From Acidobacteriota bacterium (GTDB lineage Bacteria > Acidobacteriota > UBA890 > WLXD01), in contig CBDBHB010000007.1 in assembly GCA_965205505.1 (NCBI GenBank), forward strand, positions 416,001-480,000: a stretch of DNA of 64,000 nucleotides, given 5' to 3'. The position numbers were made by a program, and so were the translations under genes. The notes beneath the pieces were generated by a model. The model did no database searches. It was not told where the DNA came from and worked only from the letters and a program-made list of their open reading frames with translations. Every line of letters starts with the position of its first letter. Position 1 is the first letter of the stretch. Positions 9,363-20,752 of this stretch are shown piece after piece.

Positions 9363-12182
9363 ATGACAGAGAGGCACGCGTATATGGACAGTACAGCATG
9401 GCATTCGCCGAGGCGGCTTCTTGTGACGGCGGCAGTGCTAGTCGTCCTGACACCGGCATCAGGCGCCGCGAGCATGCAGGCCCCTGAGCTGTCGGGCACA
9501 GTCACCGACACGACGGGCCGCGCGCTGCTCGGCGTCGCCGTGGAGGCGCGACCCGCGGGGGTTGCTGGTCCGGTTCAAGCCGCCTCAACCGACAGTACTG
9601 GCATGTTCACGCTGAGTGAACTTGAGCCTGGTGCCTACGACGTGACGTTCACGCGGCCCGGGTTCCGGGAGGTCATGCGTGCCGGGGTGGAGGTCGGGGC
9701 TGGTGCCGCGACCATTCTCGATGTCCAAATGGCGGTCGAGATTGAGGAGTACGTCGTGGTCGTGGGGAGCCGCGCTCAGCCGCGGTCGGTAACTGAATCG
9801 TCGGTCCCGATTGACGTCATCCCGTCCCAAGATATCGTCAACCAGGGCTCGACGACGCTCGATTATCAGCTGCGGACGCTGGTTCCTTCGTTCAACGTCG
9901 CCACGCACCCGATCAGCGACGCAGCAACGCTCGTAAGGCCGGTTAGTCTGCGCAATCTCGCGCACGACCATACGCTGGTGCTAGTCAACGGCAAGCGTCG
10001 TCACCGCTCGTCGGTTATCGCCTGGTTTGCTGGTGTGACGGATGGGTCGCAGGGGCCGGACATCTCGACGTTTCCGTCGATCGCCCTGCGGCAGGTGGAG
10101 GTGCTGCGCGACGGCGCGACGGCGCAGTACGGCTCGGACGCTATCGCGGGCGTGGTGAACTTCCTGCTCAAGGATGCCCGGGGGGCGGGCAGCCTCGCGT
10201 TGCACACTGGCACCTATCGGGCGGGCGACGGCGATGCGTACAGCATCGCGGGCAACGTTGGGCGGCCGCTTGGCGACACGGGATTCGTCAACCTCAGCTT
10301 CGAGTACGGTAACGCCGACCCGACGAACCGCAGCGTACAGCGCGCCGACGCGGCGGCGCTGGTTGCGGCCGGCAACACGGCCGTCGCTGAGCCCGCCCAG
10401 ATCTGGGGCAACCCGACGGTCGAGGACGACCTGAAGTTGTTCGGCAACTTCGGCCACCCGTTCTCCAACGGGTTGACGTTCTACGGCCACGCCAACTACG
10501 CCCGGAAGAAGGTGACGGAAGGATTCTATTTCCGGAATCCCAACAACCGGGTCAACGTCTATAGCCTCGACGACGGCGAGACGCTGCTGATTGGCGACGT
10601 ACTGGACGCGCAGGACGGCATCATCGACGGATCCGCAAACTGTCCCACGGTGCGCATTACTGACAACGTGCCGGATCCGGTGGCCTTGGCACAGGTGTTC
10701 GCCGATCCGCAGTGCTTCTCGTTCCAGGAGATCGCCCCAGGGGGCTTCACACCGCAGTTCGGCGGAGTAGTGCACGACATGTCGGTGGTGGCCGGCCTGC
10801 GGCGGACCGCGGAGAGCGGCCTGACCTGGGATGCCAGCGCCAGCTACGGCGTGCACGAGTCGGATTTCTTCTTCCGGAACACTGTGAACGCTTCACTCGG
10901 CCCGGACACACCACGCGAGTTTGATCCCGGTCTTTATCGGCAGGAGGACACAAATCTCAATTTTGATGTTTCCTATCCTGTCACGGAGCGGGTCAACATC
11001 GCGGCCGGCGCGGAGTGGCGCAACGAGCGCTTCACGATCGGCGCTGGCGGCCGTCCGTCGTGGGAGGTCGGACCGTACGCGGCGCAAGGCTTCGTCTCTG
11101 GCTCGAACGGTTTTCCTGGCTTTCCCGACTACACGGCCGGGGCTTGGCGTCGCAGCAACTTCGCGGTTTACGGTGACCTCGAAGTGCGGGGTGAGCGGTG
11201 GACGGTCGGCGGCGCCCTCCGATTCGAGCACTTCGACATCTTCGGCGCTACGACGAACGGCAAGTTGTCGGCCCGCTATGGGCTGAGCGACGCGGTTTCA
11301 ATTCGCGGCGGCATCAGCACCGGGTTCCGTGCGCCGACGCCCGGCCAGCAGAACACGCTTAACGTGCAGACGACCATCGATCCGGAAACGCTGCAGCTGG
11401 TCGACAGCGCCAACGTGCCATCCACGTTCCGGGCAGCGCAGCTGCGGGGCGGCCAGCCACTCGAACCAGAGACCTCACTGAACCTGACCGCCGGGCTGGC
11501 AGTCGACACTGGCCCGTTCACGCTGACTGTCGATTACTTCCGCGTGACCGTCGACAACCGCCTGGCCTTGTCGCAGACGTTCACCCTTGCCGACGATGAG
11601 CGCGCGATCCTTCTGGAGGAAGGGATCGCGTCGGCGGGCACCTTGAAGTTCTTCCGGTTCTTCATCAACGACTTCTCGAGCCAGACGCAGGGAGTGGACC
11701 TCGTGTCGACCTACACACCCCGCGCGTTCCGCGGCAACACGGTGTTCAGCGTCGCGCTGAACTATACACACACGGCACTGACGGAAGAGGCGGACTTGCT
11801 CACCCCCGGTGACGTGCTCGGCCTAGAACGCGGGGTGCCGAAGCTCCGCTGGAACGTTGCTGTCAAACAGCGGGTGGGGAAGGTGGGTCTGATGGGCCGC
11901 CTGCAATACTATGGCGCCTGGGTCGATCACTTCGACGCGCGGTTCGTGCGCGGCGCCGACGCGCCGATTTTGGACGGTCGCTACATTTTCGATCTCGAGG
12001 CGAGCATGCCGATCACCCGCGGCGTGACGTTGGCCATCGGTGGCCAGAACGTCTTCGATACCTTCTCGCAGCGGATGGACCTGTTCGCCGATATTTTCGG
12101 CCTGCCGTATAGCCAGTTCACACCGTGGGGCTTGAGTGGCGGATACTACTATGGCCGCCTCAACTACAGCTGGGGTGGCTAA
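9363..12182 (+). CDS. TonB-dependent receptor with N-terminal carboxypeptidase-regulatory-like domain
   Basis: LSGTVTDTTG, VVVVGSR TonB box, TLVLVNGKRRH, VEVLRDGATAQYGSDAIAGVVNF, C-terminal YYYGRLNYSW. Confidence 0.92.
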   Translation: MTERHAYMDSTAWHSPRRLLVTAAVLVVLTPASGAASMQAPELSGTVTDTTGRALLGVAVEARPAGVAGPVQAASTDSTGMFTLSELEPGAYDVTFTRPGFREVMRAGVEVGAGAATILDVQMAVEIEEYVVVVGSRAQPRSVTESSVPIDVIPSQDIVNQGSTTLDYQLRTLVPSFNVATHPISDAATLVRPVSLRNLAHDHTLVLVNGKRRHRSSVIAWFAGVTDGSQGPDISTFPSIALRQVEVLRDGATAQYGSDAIAGVVNFLLKDARGAGSLALHTGTYRAGDGDAYSIAGNVGRPLGDTGFVNLSFEYGNADPTNRSVQRADAAALVAAGNTAVAEPAQIWGNPTVEDDLKLFGNFGHPFSNGLTFYGHANYARKKVTEGFYFRNPNNRVNVYSLDDGETLLIGDVLDAQDGIIDGSANCPTVRITDNVPDPVALAQVFADPQCFSFQEIAPGGFTPQFGGVVHDMSVVAGLRRTAESGLTWDASASYGVHESDFFFRNTVNASLGPDTPREFDPGLYRQEDTNLNFDVSYPVTERVNIAAGAEWRNERFTIGAGGRPSWEVGPYAAQGFVSGSNGFPGFPDYTAGAWRRSNFAVYGDLEVRGERWTVGGALRFEHFDIFGATTNGKLSARYGLSDAVSIRGGISTGFRAPTPGQQNTLNVQTTIDPETLQLVDSANVPSTFRAAQLRGGQPLEPETSLNLTAGLAVDTGPFTLTVDYFRVTVDNRLALSQTFTLADDERAILLEEGIASAGTLKFFRFFINDFSSQTQGVDLVSTYTPRAFRGNTVFSVALNYTHTALTEEADLLTPGDVLGLERGVPKLRWNVAVKQRVGKVGLMGRLQYYGAWVDHFDARFVRGADAPILDGRYIFDLEASMPITRGVTLAIGGQNVFDTFSQRMDLFADIFGLPYSQFTPWGLSGGYYYGRLNYSWGG

Positions 12183-12624
12183 GCTGCTTCCGGACAGGTT
12201 TGGAGGGCCAGACCTATCCTCCGGTCGGCCGCGGCACGCGGTCAGAACCCGCCTCGTCGACGTGGAGCAAGGGGAGTTGCCGAGTCCGAGTCAATCACCG
12301 TACACATGCTGTGCCGATTTAAAGAGCGTGCCCGTCAAGGCGAAGGTGCGGCAGTGAAATCGCGATTCCGCGTCCCGATCGCGGCGCGGACGGGTTGCCA
12401 TGTAAAGCGAATGGTGCGACGTGCCGGAAGGCATGCTATGTGCACGTCGGAACCGTGGGATAGTCGGGACACTAAAAAACGGGGAAAGTCGGGGACGCCG
12501 CGGCCACCTCACTAAAAAATCTGCTCAGCAAAGCAAATAAGCCTACATTGAGGCGCGAATTCAGCGGATTCTGTGCGCTCAGGACCGTGCCCCATGCTCT
12601 CAGGTGCACGAGGAGGATTGGAGG

Positions 12625-14715
12625 ATGAGGATCTTGTCGCCCCTGCGTCCGCTGATGGCGCCGTTGTTGTCCGCGGCTTTATTGGCGCCGCTTCTCAGCA
12701 CGACGGCGCGCGCGGCACCGATACGAGATCCGGCCCAGCAGGAGCAGGAAGAGCAGCAGCAGGAGCAGCAGACGACCAACATCCAAGAGGTCGTCGTTGT
12801 AACGGCGTCGCGCACCGAGGAGCTGTTGCTGGAGGCACCGACTGCGATCACCGTTATCGCCGCCGACGACATCGCGCTGAGCGCGGCGCAGAACTACGCT
12901 GACCTGATGCGCGGTGTGCCTGGACTGAACGTCATCCAGACGAGCGCTCGGGATGTCAGCATGTCGTCGCGCTCGTCCACCAACACACTGGATGCATCCC
13001 AGTTGGTGCTCATCGACGGGCGGACCGTGTACCTGGACTTCTTCGGGTTCGTCGCCTGGGACCTGTTGCCGCTGGATTTCTCCGAGATCGAGCAGATCGA
13101 GGTGATTCGCGGTCCGGGATCGGCGGTCTGGGGAGCCAACGCTCTTAGCGGCGTAGTGAACATCATCACCAAGTCCCCGAGGCAGTACGGCAACGCATTC
13201 CGGGTGCGCATGGGTGGCGGTGAGCGCGGCACTGGATTCGCCTCGATCACCTATTCGGGCATACGCGGCAAAACATCATTTCGGGTGACCGGGGCCTATT
13301 CAACTCAGGATCCGTGGGACCGACCGGGTCCGTTGCCCAACGGCATCTCGCGGGATACGTTTTCGAATCAGGGCTCCCGACAACCGAAGTTCGACTCCCG
13401 TGTCGATGTTGACACGGGAGTCGACTCGTACTTGTCGCTTTCCGCCGGTGTCGCCGGCACGGGCGGCACGATCCACTCCGGCATTGGCCCATTTTCGATC
13501 TTCGACGGCATGACCTTCTCGTACGCGCGTGCCGATTACAACTGGCGGCTGTGGAACTTTCGGGCCTACGCTAACTTCGTCGACGGCGACTCCCTCAACA
13601 TACTGAACGGACTGCCGTTCAATTTCAGGACCCAGACCTACGATTTCTCGGTTACGAACACGTCGCTCCTCGGGGATCATGCAGTCACCTACGGTGGAAA
13701 CTATCGCAAGCTGAGTTTCGACCTGTCGATTGCCCCGGGGGAGGACAACCGTACCGAGGGAGGGAGCTTCGCCACCTTCGATCTCGATATCAATGACTAC
13801 GTGACGATCAACGCCGGAGTTCGAGTCGACTACTTTGATGTCATCGACGGCGCGGTGACCTCGCCGCGCGGGGCGATTCTGTTTCACCCGGCCGGATCAT
13901 CAAACCACGTGATCCGCGCCGGCTTCGGTCGTGCCTTCCGCGTTCCCTCGCTGGTCAATAGCTACCTCGAGGTGGAGATCTTCAACGCCGTCAACGTGGG
14001 CCCACCGATCGGGCAGATCGTCTTTCCGACCACTGTCGTGGGGAATCCCGAACTGGTCGAGGAGCGGCTGGATCAGTTCGAGATCGGCTACCGCGGCTCG
14101 GTGGCGAACGGCAAATTGTCCTGGGACATCGCTGCCTACCGCACCGAGACCAAGGACAGCATCGACTTCTACACCAGCGAGACGTATACGGCCTTCAACC
14201 CACCTCCAGACTGGTCGCTGCCGACGTTCCTGTTGCCGCCCTTCGGTCCCGTGGCGCTGCCGGCGCTGTTCACCTACCGCAACATCGGCGAGATCGTCAA
14301 CAAGGGCTTCGAGGTCAGCTTACGATACCTTCCGATGGCGCGCAATACGGTGATGGCCAACTACTCGTATCAGGCCGAGCGCGAGGTCAAGGGCATCCCT
14401 GAGCAGGACATCGGGATCTCGCCAGAGCACCGCTTCAACGTCTCGTACAACGGCTGGAGCGGCAATCTGTACTACGGCGCTTCCGTCAATCACGTCGGCG
14501 AGGCTTACTGGACGGATGTCCTAGACTCCCGCTTCTGGGGCACCACCGAGGCCTACACGACGCTCGACACGACGCTCGGCTACATGTTCCTCGACGGCAC
14601 GGCAGAGGCTTCAGTGCGCGCTACGAACCTCACCGATGTCGGCGTGCTGCAGCACATCTATGGCGACATCATTGGTCGGCGCGTGGTGTTTGAGCTGTCG
14701 GTCAGCATCAGATAG
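12625..14715 (+). CDS. TonB-dependent receptor
   Basis: GGAGG RBS, signal peptide, EVVVVTASR, VLIDGR, IEQIEVIRGPGSAVWGANALSGVVNIITK. Confidence 0.9.
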   Translation: MRILSPLRPLMAPLLSAALLAPLLSTTARAAPIRDPAQQEQEEQQQEQQTTNIQEVVVVTASRTEELLLEAPTAITVIAADDIALSAAQNYADLMRGVPGLNVIQTSARDVSMSSRSSTNTLDASQLVLIDGRTVYLDFFGFVAWDLLPLDFSEIEQIEVIRGPGSAVWGANALSGVVNIITKSPRQYGNAFRVRMGGGERGTGFASITYSGIRGKTSFRVTGAYSTQDPWDRPGPLPNGISRDTFSNQGSRQPKFDSRVDVDTGVDSYLSLSAGVAGTGGTIHSGIGPFSIFDGMTFSYARADYNWRLWNFRAYANFVDGDSLNILNGLPFNFRTQTYDFSVTNTSLLGDHAVTYGGNYRKLSFDLSIAPGEDNRTEGGSFATFDLDINDYVTINAGVRVDYFDVIDGAVTSPRGAILFHPAGSSNHVIRAGFGRAFRVPSLVNSYLEVEIFNAVNVGPPIGQIVFPTTVVGNPELVEERLDQFEIGYRGSVANGKLSWDIAAYRTETKDSIDFYTSETYTAFNPPPDWSLPTFLLPPFGPVALPALFTYRNIGEIVNKGFEVSLRYLPMARNTVMANYSYQAEREVKGIPEQDIGISPEHRFNVSYNGWSGNLYYGASVNHVGEAYWTDVLDSRFWGTTEAYTTLDTTLGYMFLDGTAEASVRATNLTDVGVLQHIYGDIIGRRVVFELSVSIR

Positions 14716-14910
14716 TGACGGCATGGTCCGACTCACCAGTCGGGCTCGGGGATCACCTCGCCCGCTACCGATCTGGACGATCGGTGGTACGGGATTGGCC
14801 TGTCATGCTAGCGATGCTACACTCGGCGCCGCACCACAGAAATGGGCGAGGCTAGGGTTCCTCGTGGCGTAGGACTGAGAACCCCGCCGCTGAACCAGGA
14901 GTGAACGTTT

Positions 14911-15909
14911 ATGCGCAAGGCAAGTGTTGTGTTCACCGTAGCCGTTCCGACGATCGCCGTAGCCGCGCTTGTGATCGCGGGGCTCGACGTTCGCCCGTTG
15001 AGGGCAGGTGACCACTTCGACTCGCCCAGCGTCCTCAAGGACGGCCGCACTGACATCGGCGATGTCTACATCTTCCCGGCCCAGAAGAAGAAGAGAGAAA
15101 CGACGCTGATCATGACCGTGGCCCCGCTCGCGGGCCTATTGAGCCCGGCGGAGTTCAACGACGAGGCCCACTACATCTTCAACTTCGACAACGACGGAGA
15201 CTTCAAGGTCGACCGCCAGTGGGCGGTGGCCTTCGATGGTGACAACATGCAGGTCAGCCTCGATGGCGTAGAGATGGGCTCAGGCTCATATGGGCGGCGG
15301 CCAATCCGGCTCGACGGTGGCGGTCGGGCGAATGCAGGGATGTTCGACGATCCCTTCTACTTTGATCTGCTGGCGGCGCAGAACGGGCTGGCGTTCTGTC
15401 CGGGGGGTATGGGTTTCGATTTCTTCTCCAACGCCAACGTGATGGCGATCATCCTTGACATACCGAACGGCAGCGTCGGGCTAGATGTGCTGCCCGGGGT
15501 GAACTTCTGGGGCTCAGTGCAGATAGGTAACAAGCAGATCGACCGCATGGGCCGTCCGTTCATCAACCTGTTTTTGGTGGGGCCATTGAAAAAGAACCAG
15601 AACGCCTTCAACAAGAACAAGAGGCCCCACAACGACCCCAAGAGGTTCGGCACGGTGGTCAACAACAACGTGATGGCGCTCGGCGCCGACGAAGCGACCG
15701 CCGCGGTGCTGGTGGCCGCGCTGCTGCCCGACGTGATGCAGTACAGCCGGCAGGCAGAGAGTATGTTCCCGAACGGCCGCGGGCTCGCTGACGACGTTGC
15801 CAACATCACCCTGGCGTTGTTGACCAGCAACCCGGCAGCGACCGACTGCGTCGACGGCAACGACGGGGAGTTCTCCAAGAAGTTCCCGTACCTCGCCGCC
15901 GCCCACTGA
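14911..15909 (+). CDS. DUF4331-family exported protein
   Basis: DHFDSP..TDIGDVYIF, DDPFYFDL, QIDRMGRP, FPNGRGLADDV, FPYLAAAH. Confidence 0.85.
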   Translation: MRKASVVFTVAVPTIAVAALVIAGLDVRPLRAGDHFDSPSVLKDGRTDIGDVYIFPAQKKKRETTLIMTVAPLAGLLSPAEFNDEAHYIFNFDNDGDFKVDRQWAVAFDGDNMQVSLDGVEMGSGSYGRRPIRLDGGGRANAGMFDDPFYFDLLAAQNGLAFCPGGMGFDFFSNANVMAIILDIPNGSVGLDVLPGVNFWGSVQIGNKQIDRMGRPFINLFLVGPLKKNQNAFNKNKRPHNDPKRFGTVVNNNVMALGADEATAAVLVAALLPDVMQYSRQAESMFPNGRGLADDVANITLALLTSNPAATDCVDGNDGEFSKKFPYLAAAH

Positions 15910-15959
15910 CCGGGCGAGATGAAAGCCGACGATCGACGCATCCGGATCAGGCAGCCAAC

Positions 15960-16400
15960 CCGCACAGGTGCGGATTAGCTGCATGCGTGTCAGGGAAGCG
16001 TAGCTGGTCCCGGACTTCGTCGGGAGCGGAAACGATGTGATTGTCCACTAGCTGTGGAGCCCGCGTCCTGGCGCCGACTGCCCCGCTACGGGTGAGCCGC
16101 AGCACTCGAAGAGACTCGACCTTGCGCGCTTTGCTCTTCGGTGTGCTGGTTCGTCTGCCTTCCACAACAGCTCGCGCGGCTGCCTCCGCCTCGGAGGTAT
16201 CGCTCTTGCCCCTGCTGCGACAGAGCAGAGCGATCAGGCCGGGCGACCTCGAAGACTTCGATCCCTACCTCTGACAGATGCCGAGTCACGCCAGCACCAT
16301 AGCTGCCAGTTCCCTCGACACCGACCTGGCATACATCGCCAAAGCCGCGCATCCAGCGTAGTAGCGCACGATTGCCGCATCGAGGACCGGGAGACGGGCG
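15960..16400 (-). pseudogene. IS110-family transposase fragment
   Basis: VGVEGTGSYGAGVTRHL..EVFEVARPDRS..QGKSD characteristic N-terminal RuvC-like segment; frameshifted. Confidence 0.75.
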
Positions 16401-16502
16401 CCATGATAGCGAGCCATCGGCTCGGACCCCCGTCGAGCGCACGGCCTGGCGCCGGTCCTGGTGATCGCTGACGAGCCGCCACAGTGGCGTCAACGCGGCT
16501 AG

Positions 16503-16670
16503 CGCATGCACGCCGCGCTGGTCACCGCGCTCGGCAAGCATGCCGTGAGCAAGTTCATGGCGATCGGTACCTGCCCCGACGACTCGCACCACTGATTCTC
16601 GCGCATACTGCGCGGCGGGTGCGGGATCTACAACCAGATGCACGCCGCGGCCGACGGGAGCTCGGACTAT
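16503..16670 (+). pseudogene. Possible phage terminase large subunit fragment
   Basis: RMHAALVTALGKHAVSKFMAIGTCPDDSHH*FSRILRGG..QMHAA resembles the ATPase C-motif region of satellite/phage terminases; internal stop. Confidence 0.4.
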
Positions 16671-17352
16671 CACCCAGAGGTCGATACGGAAGGCGAACCC
16701 GGCGCTGAGGCGCAGCCGACGCTGGCCAAGGTCATTGAACGCGAGAAAAACCTCGCGCGAATCGGTGGTCCGGACCTCGACTGCTGGCGGACGTACCGGC
16801 TCAACCGCGGCACTCCGGTGCTCGGCGATCGCGAGAAGATCGTGAGCCTCGACGACTGGAACGCATGCGTGTACGAGCGTCGAGATCTCCCGAAAAGACC
16901 GGGCCTGTGGCCATCGGGTTCGACCTGGGCGGGTCCGTGAGCATGAGTTTCTTCGCGGCGTACCTGCATGACTGGCCCCTGCTGTATGATCTCGGATGGG
17001 ACATCGACTGGCCGTACTGGTCACGACACCGGCATGAGTCAGCACTCGCTCGCCGCCAAGTAGCGTGCCCTAAGCTGCGGTGAGCTCTCCGTCGGGCCTG
17101 TACCACCGGGCCCACCACCACCACCGGACGCGCGAGCTCGTGCGCTCTCGTGCGTTTCGTCGCTCTCGGGCCCATGCTCACGCGGCACACCACTCGATCG
17201 CGATAAATACCACGGGCTCAACATCTTACGGGGGGGGCATCAAGTGAATGACCGCGCTCAGGTGTAGACCGCGCCAGCCGTCGCGTTTGTAAGCAAAACG
17301 ATTTGGCAGGCATAAAATGTCTACTCAAATGAGAATCCAACGCGAATCTCCG

Positions 17353-17432
17353 ATGGACCCCGAAGTCATCCGGCGCATGCGCTCGACGAAGCGCTACCAG
17401 CGGTGGCGTGCCGACATCCTCCGGAACGAGCC
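17353..17432 (+). pseudogene. N-terminal remnant of an HNH endonuclease paralogous to 8012-8320
   Basis: MDPEVIRRMRSTKRYQRWRADILRNEP vs IEPESLRRARWNQRYRRWRAGILRSEP. Confidence 0.7.
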
Positions 17433-17975
17433 CGGGCACCGAAAGCCGAGATGTTGAGGTGATCGAGGAACGTGAAGTTGACGTCGGCGCCGATCACCGT
17501 GTTCGTGGCGCCGTCCGGTCCCTCGACGTTGGTCACCAGCGCGCCGACAGACGATCGCTCGAGGACATCCTGTCGCCAGCGCAGGGCCGTGTAGTTGCGC
17601 CCCTCGCCGAGATCGGAGTCGCCCGTCTGCACGTTCAGCAACCCGATGTTGCCGCTGCCCACCTTGCCGGTCATCTTGACGCCGAAGTCGATCGGTAGTG
17701 GCTCGCCGAACTCCGACAGCCCGATGTTGCGCGAGTGGAACAATTGAAGCACCGGCCCATCGAAGCCGCCGGACTGCTGCCCGAAGCTGAAGTTGTTGGC
17801 CCCCTCCAGGAAGAAGTCGCGTTTCTCGGGGAAAAACAGGTCGAAGCGTGTCAGGTTGACGCGTTGCTCGTCGAGCTCGACCTGGGCGAAGTCGGTGTTG
17901 TAGGTCAAATCGGCGGTCAGGTTCGAGGTGAGCTGGATCTTGAGATCGTCGATGCCGAGCTGCTCGTCGATGCCG
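17433..17975 (-). pseudogene. Internal fragment of DUF5916 (CBM9-associated) outer-membrane protein
   Basis: DLTYNTDFAQVELDEQRVNLTRFDLFFPEKRDFFLEG..LFHSRNIG. Confidence 0.8.
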
Positions 17976-17984
17976 CCGCCTCCC

Positions 17985-18132
17985 AGGCCTCCAAGACTCG
18001 CTCACGGGGCCCGCGGATTGCCCAACGGGCCAGGTACTCGGCGAGCGGGGGCGGAGTGTAGTAACCGCCCCTGAGCTTCTGCCCCTGAGCTGGAGTCTTG
18101 CCCTTAAATCGCGATTGTACCAGCGTCGTCAT
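17985..18132 (-). pseudogene. N-terminal fragment of N6-adenine DNA methyltransferase
   Basis: QKLRGGYYTPPPLAEYLARWAI..RVLE, truncated just before motif I. Confidence 0.75.
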
Positions 18133-18208
18133 CGGATGCCCACCGTCACCTAATGCGGATTCCTGAGTCTACCCTGAGCGGGAGCCCTCTGCGGAATCGT
18201 GGCTGCCT

Positions 18209-19479
18209 TGACCTGCCCCCCAATAATCGGGCCAGTTTGAGAGTTAGGAATTGAGGCTCTCAGGAAGGCTCGGGAAGGGGGAGAAATGGCCCGGAAGCGA
18301 TACACGGTAGAGCAGATCATCGCCAAGCTCAGGGAGGCAGAGATCGAGCTGGCGCAAGGAGCCAAGACGCCGGAAGCGTGCCGGAAGCTGGGCATCAGCG
18401 AGAACACGTAGTACCGGTGGCGTAAGGAGTACGGCGGCCTGAGGGTGGATCAGGCACGGCGACTCAAGGAGCTGGAGCGCGAGAACGGGCGGCTCAAGAA
18501 GCTGCTGGCGGAAACGATGCTCGACAACGCCATCCTCAAAGAGGTGTCGTCGGGAAACTTCTGAGCCCGGCGCGCCGGAGCCGGGCAGTGCGACACGCAC
18601 AGCAGTCGCAGGGGGTGTCGGAGAGGCGAGCCTGCCGAGTGCTGGGCCAGGTGCGCTCGACGCAGCAATATCGGCCCAAGGCGCCTGGAGACGAAACACC
18701 GCTGGTGAAGCGAATGACCGAACTGGCGACGCAGTACGGACGCTACGGGTACCGTCGGATCACGGCTCTGATGGAACGCGAAGGGTGGCGGGTGAACCAC
18801 AAGAGGATCGAACGGTTATGGCGTCGTGAAGGACTGAAGGTACCGAAAAAGCAGCCCAAGCGCGGACGCTTGTGGCTCAACGATGGATCGTGCGTGCGGC
18901 TGAGGCCGGAAAGGAAAGATCACGTGTGGGCCTATGACTTCGTGCACGAACGAACTCACGACGGGCGAGCGGTTCGTCTGCTGACGATCGTGGATGAGTA
19001 CACCAGGGAGTGCTTGGCCATCGATGTGGCGCGCAGGCTCAACTCCGAGAACGTGTTGGATCGACTCGCTGAGCTGTTCGTGAACCGTGGTGTTTCCGAC
19101 CACATCCGCTCCGACAACGGACCGGAGTTCACTTCTCGGGTAGTGCGTGGCTGGCTCGAGCGGGTCGGTGTGAAGACGTTGTTCATCGAGCCCGGCTCGC
19201 CGTGGGAAAACGGCTATGTGGAGAGCTTCAACGGCAAGCTACGCGACGAGCTGCTGAACGGGGAGATCTTCTACACGCTCAAGGAGGCGCAGAGCTTGGT
19301 GCAAGCCTGGCGCCGCAAATACAACCAGGTGCGGCCACACAGCTCGTTGGGCTATCGGCCGCCTGCACCGAAAGCGACGTTGTTGCAGCCGGCTACGCTC
19401 CGCTCCGCCGGCTGCAACAACCTCTTGCCAGCACCGATTCTATGAGTTACGAAGTGGCCTCAACACTTGGGGCAGGTCA
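18209..19479 (+). mobile_element. IS3-family (IS407-like) element; orfA has a premature TAG, orfB open
   Basis: TGACCTGCCCC / GGGGCAGGTCA IRs; orfA from 18286; GGGAAAC slip site; orfB to 19445. Confidence 0.92.
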
Positions 19480-19880
19480 ATGGACACGAAGATCACCCCG
19501 TCCTCCCGGAGCAGTTCGCGCAGGAGCTTGAGGCGCGGGATCATCATGCAGCACCACTTGTCGTGGCGGGTCAGGTCGTCGCGGTCCACCACCCGGCCCA
19601 GCCAGTCCCGCATGAGGGGCGAATTCACGTTGTCGTTGTACGCCCAGCCCTCGTTGCCCGTGTTGTAGGGCGGATCGATGTAGATGCACTTCACCTTCCC
19701 GTGATAGGTCGGCAGCAGAGACTTCAGCGTGGCCAAGTTGTCGCCGTGGACGATCAGATTGTCGTGGAGGCTCGCCTTCTCGCTCGTCCCCTTCTCGCGC
19801 ACCGGCAGCAGCTCGTGGAAGGGCACGGCCAGGTGATGGTTCTCGACGAAGACCTTCCCCTTGAAGTGGAACCGTGGCAA
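19480..19880 (-). pseudogene. mod: Type III RM Mod (DNA methyltransferase) N-terminal part, truncated by IS
   Basis: NLIVHGDNLATLKSLLPTYHGKVKCIYIDPPYNTG..RHDKWCCMM.PRL..DGVIFVSID. Confidence 0.88.
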
Positions 19881-20752
19881 GGAGCCCTCCTCTGGCGCGT
19901 CCAGGGTATCTCAAGCGCTCCGCCCGCTAGCATCGGACGGATGTTCACTCCCCAAACTAATGCCTCATCCCAGGGCCGCGCAGGTTGCGAGGCCATCGTC
20001 CGCGGCCGATGCCACTACAGGGACGGGCTGGCCCGCGGACGCGCCTCAACCCGGACTGGCGCCTGTTTCCACAACAAGGTGCTGGAGACCATCGGTCCTA
20101 TCGGGGGCCGGCTCACAGTATACGCCGCGCGGGGCACGCCCCGCTGCCCGGTGTTGTAGGGCGGGTCGATGCGGCGAGAGTAGGGAACCGCAAGGGCTGC
20201 TTCCTGACGAGCGCCGTTCGGTTCCAGGTGTAGGAAGATGCCCGGCGACATGCGGCGACGATTGGACTGCCCTCGAATCGACGGCAACTCGACCATCCGC
20301 GTTTGAGGCTCTCCGAGAGGCGATGGAGGCGCCGCTGGCGGAGGCCGATCCGCATCCGGGACTACGCTGGAACGCCCGGGACATCGCCGTTTTCCCCGTT
20401 GTTGACACCACCCGAATCGGGCTCCTCAATGTACGGGTATGGAGATTCTGACGGCCCAGATGTCCAAGCGTCGGCAGCCCGAGTTACCACCAGATTGCCT
20501 AGCTCTAACCCACTTGAACTAGATGAGTTACGCGCACTAGATGGCGGACGATCTTTCCTCCTCCTCCGACGTACGCGACACCGGCCCGACCGACCCTAGC
20601 TCGCACCCTCAACGGCTCCGCCTTCGACCGTTTGCGTTTTCTCTGGGAGAGTCCGTGCCGGACCCCGATCCTCTCGCCCCCCGGGGACCCGGCCGGCCCG
20701 TGGGGGGGGTGGGGGTGCGCGAGTGGTGGTCGGCGATTCGCCTCGACGAGAG

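Noticed and set aside
12470-12520. ACTAAAAAA pair upstream of the second TonB receptor as an operator or riboswitch
   Set aside because: Too short to assign; no B12/TPP consensus visible
14849-14885. Guanidine-I/ykkC riboswitch (GGCTAGGGTTCC)
   Set aside because: Only the first motif and a simple hairpin are present; the conserved 3' elements are not seen
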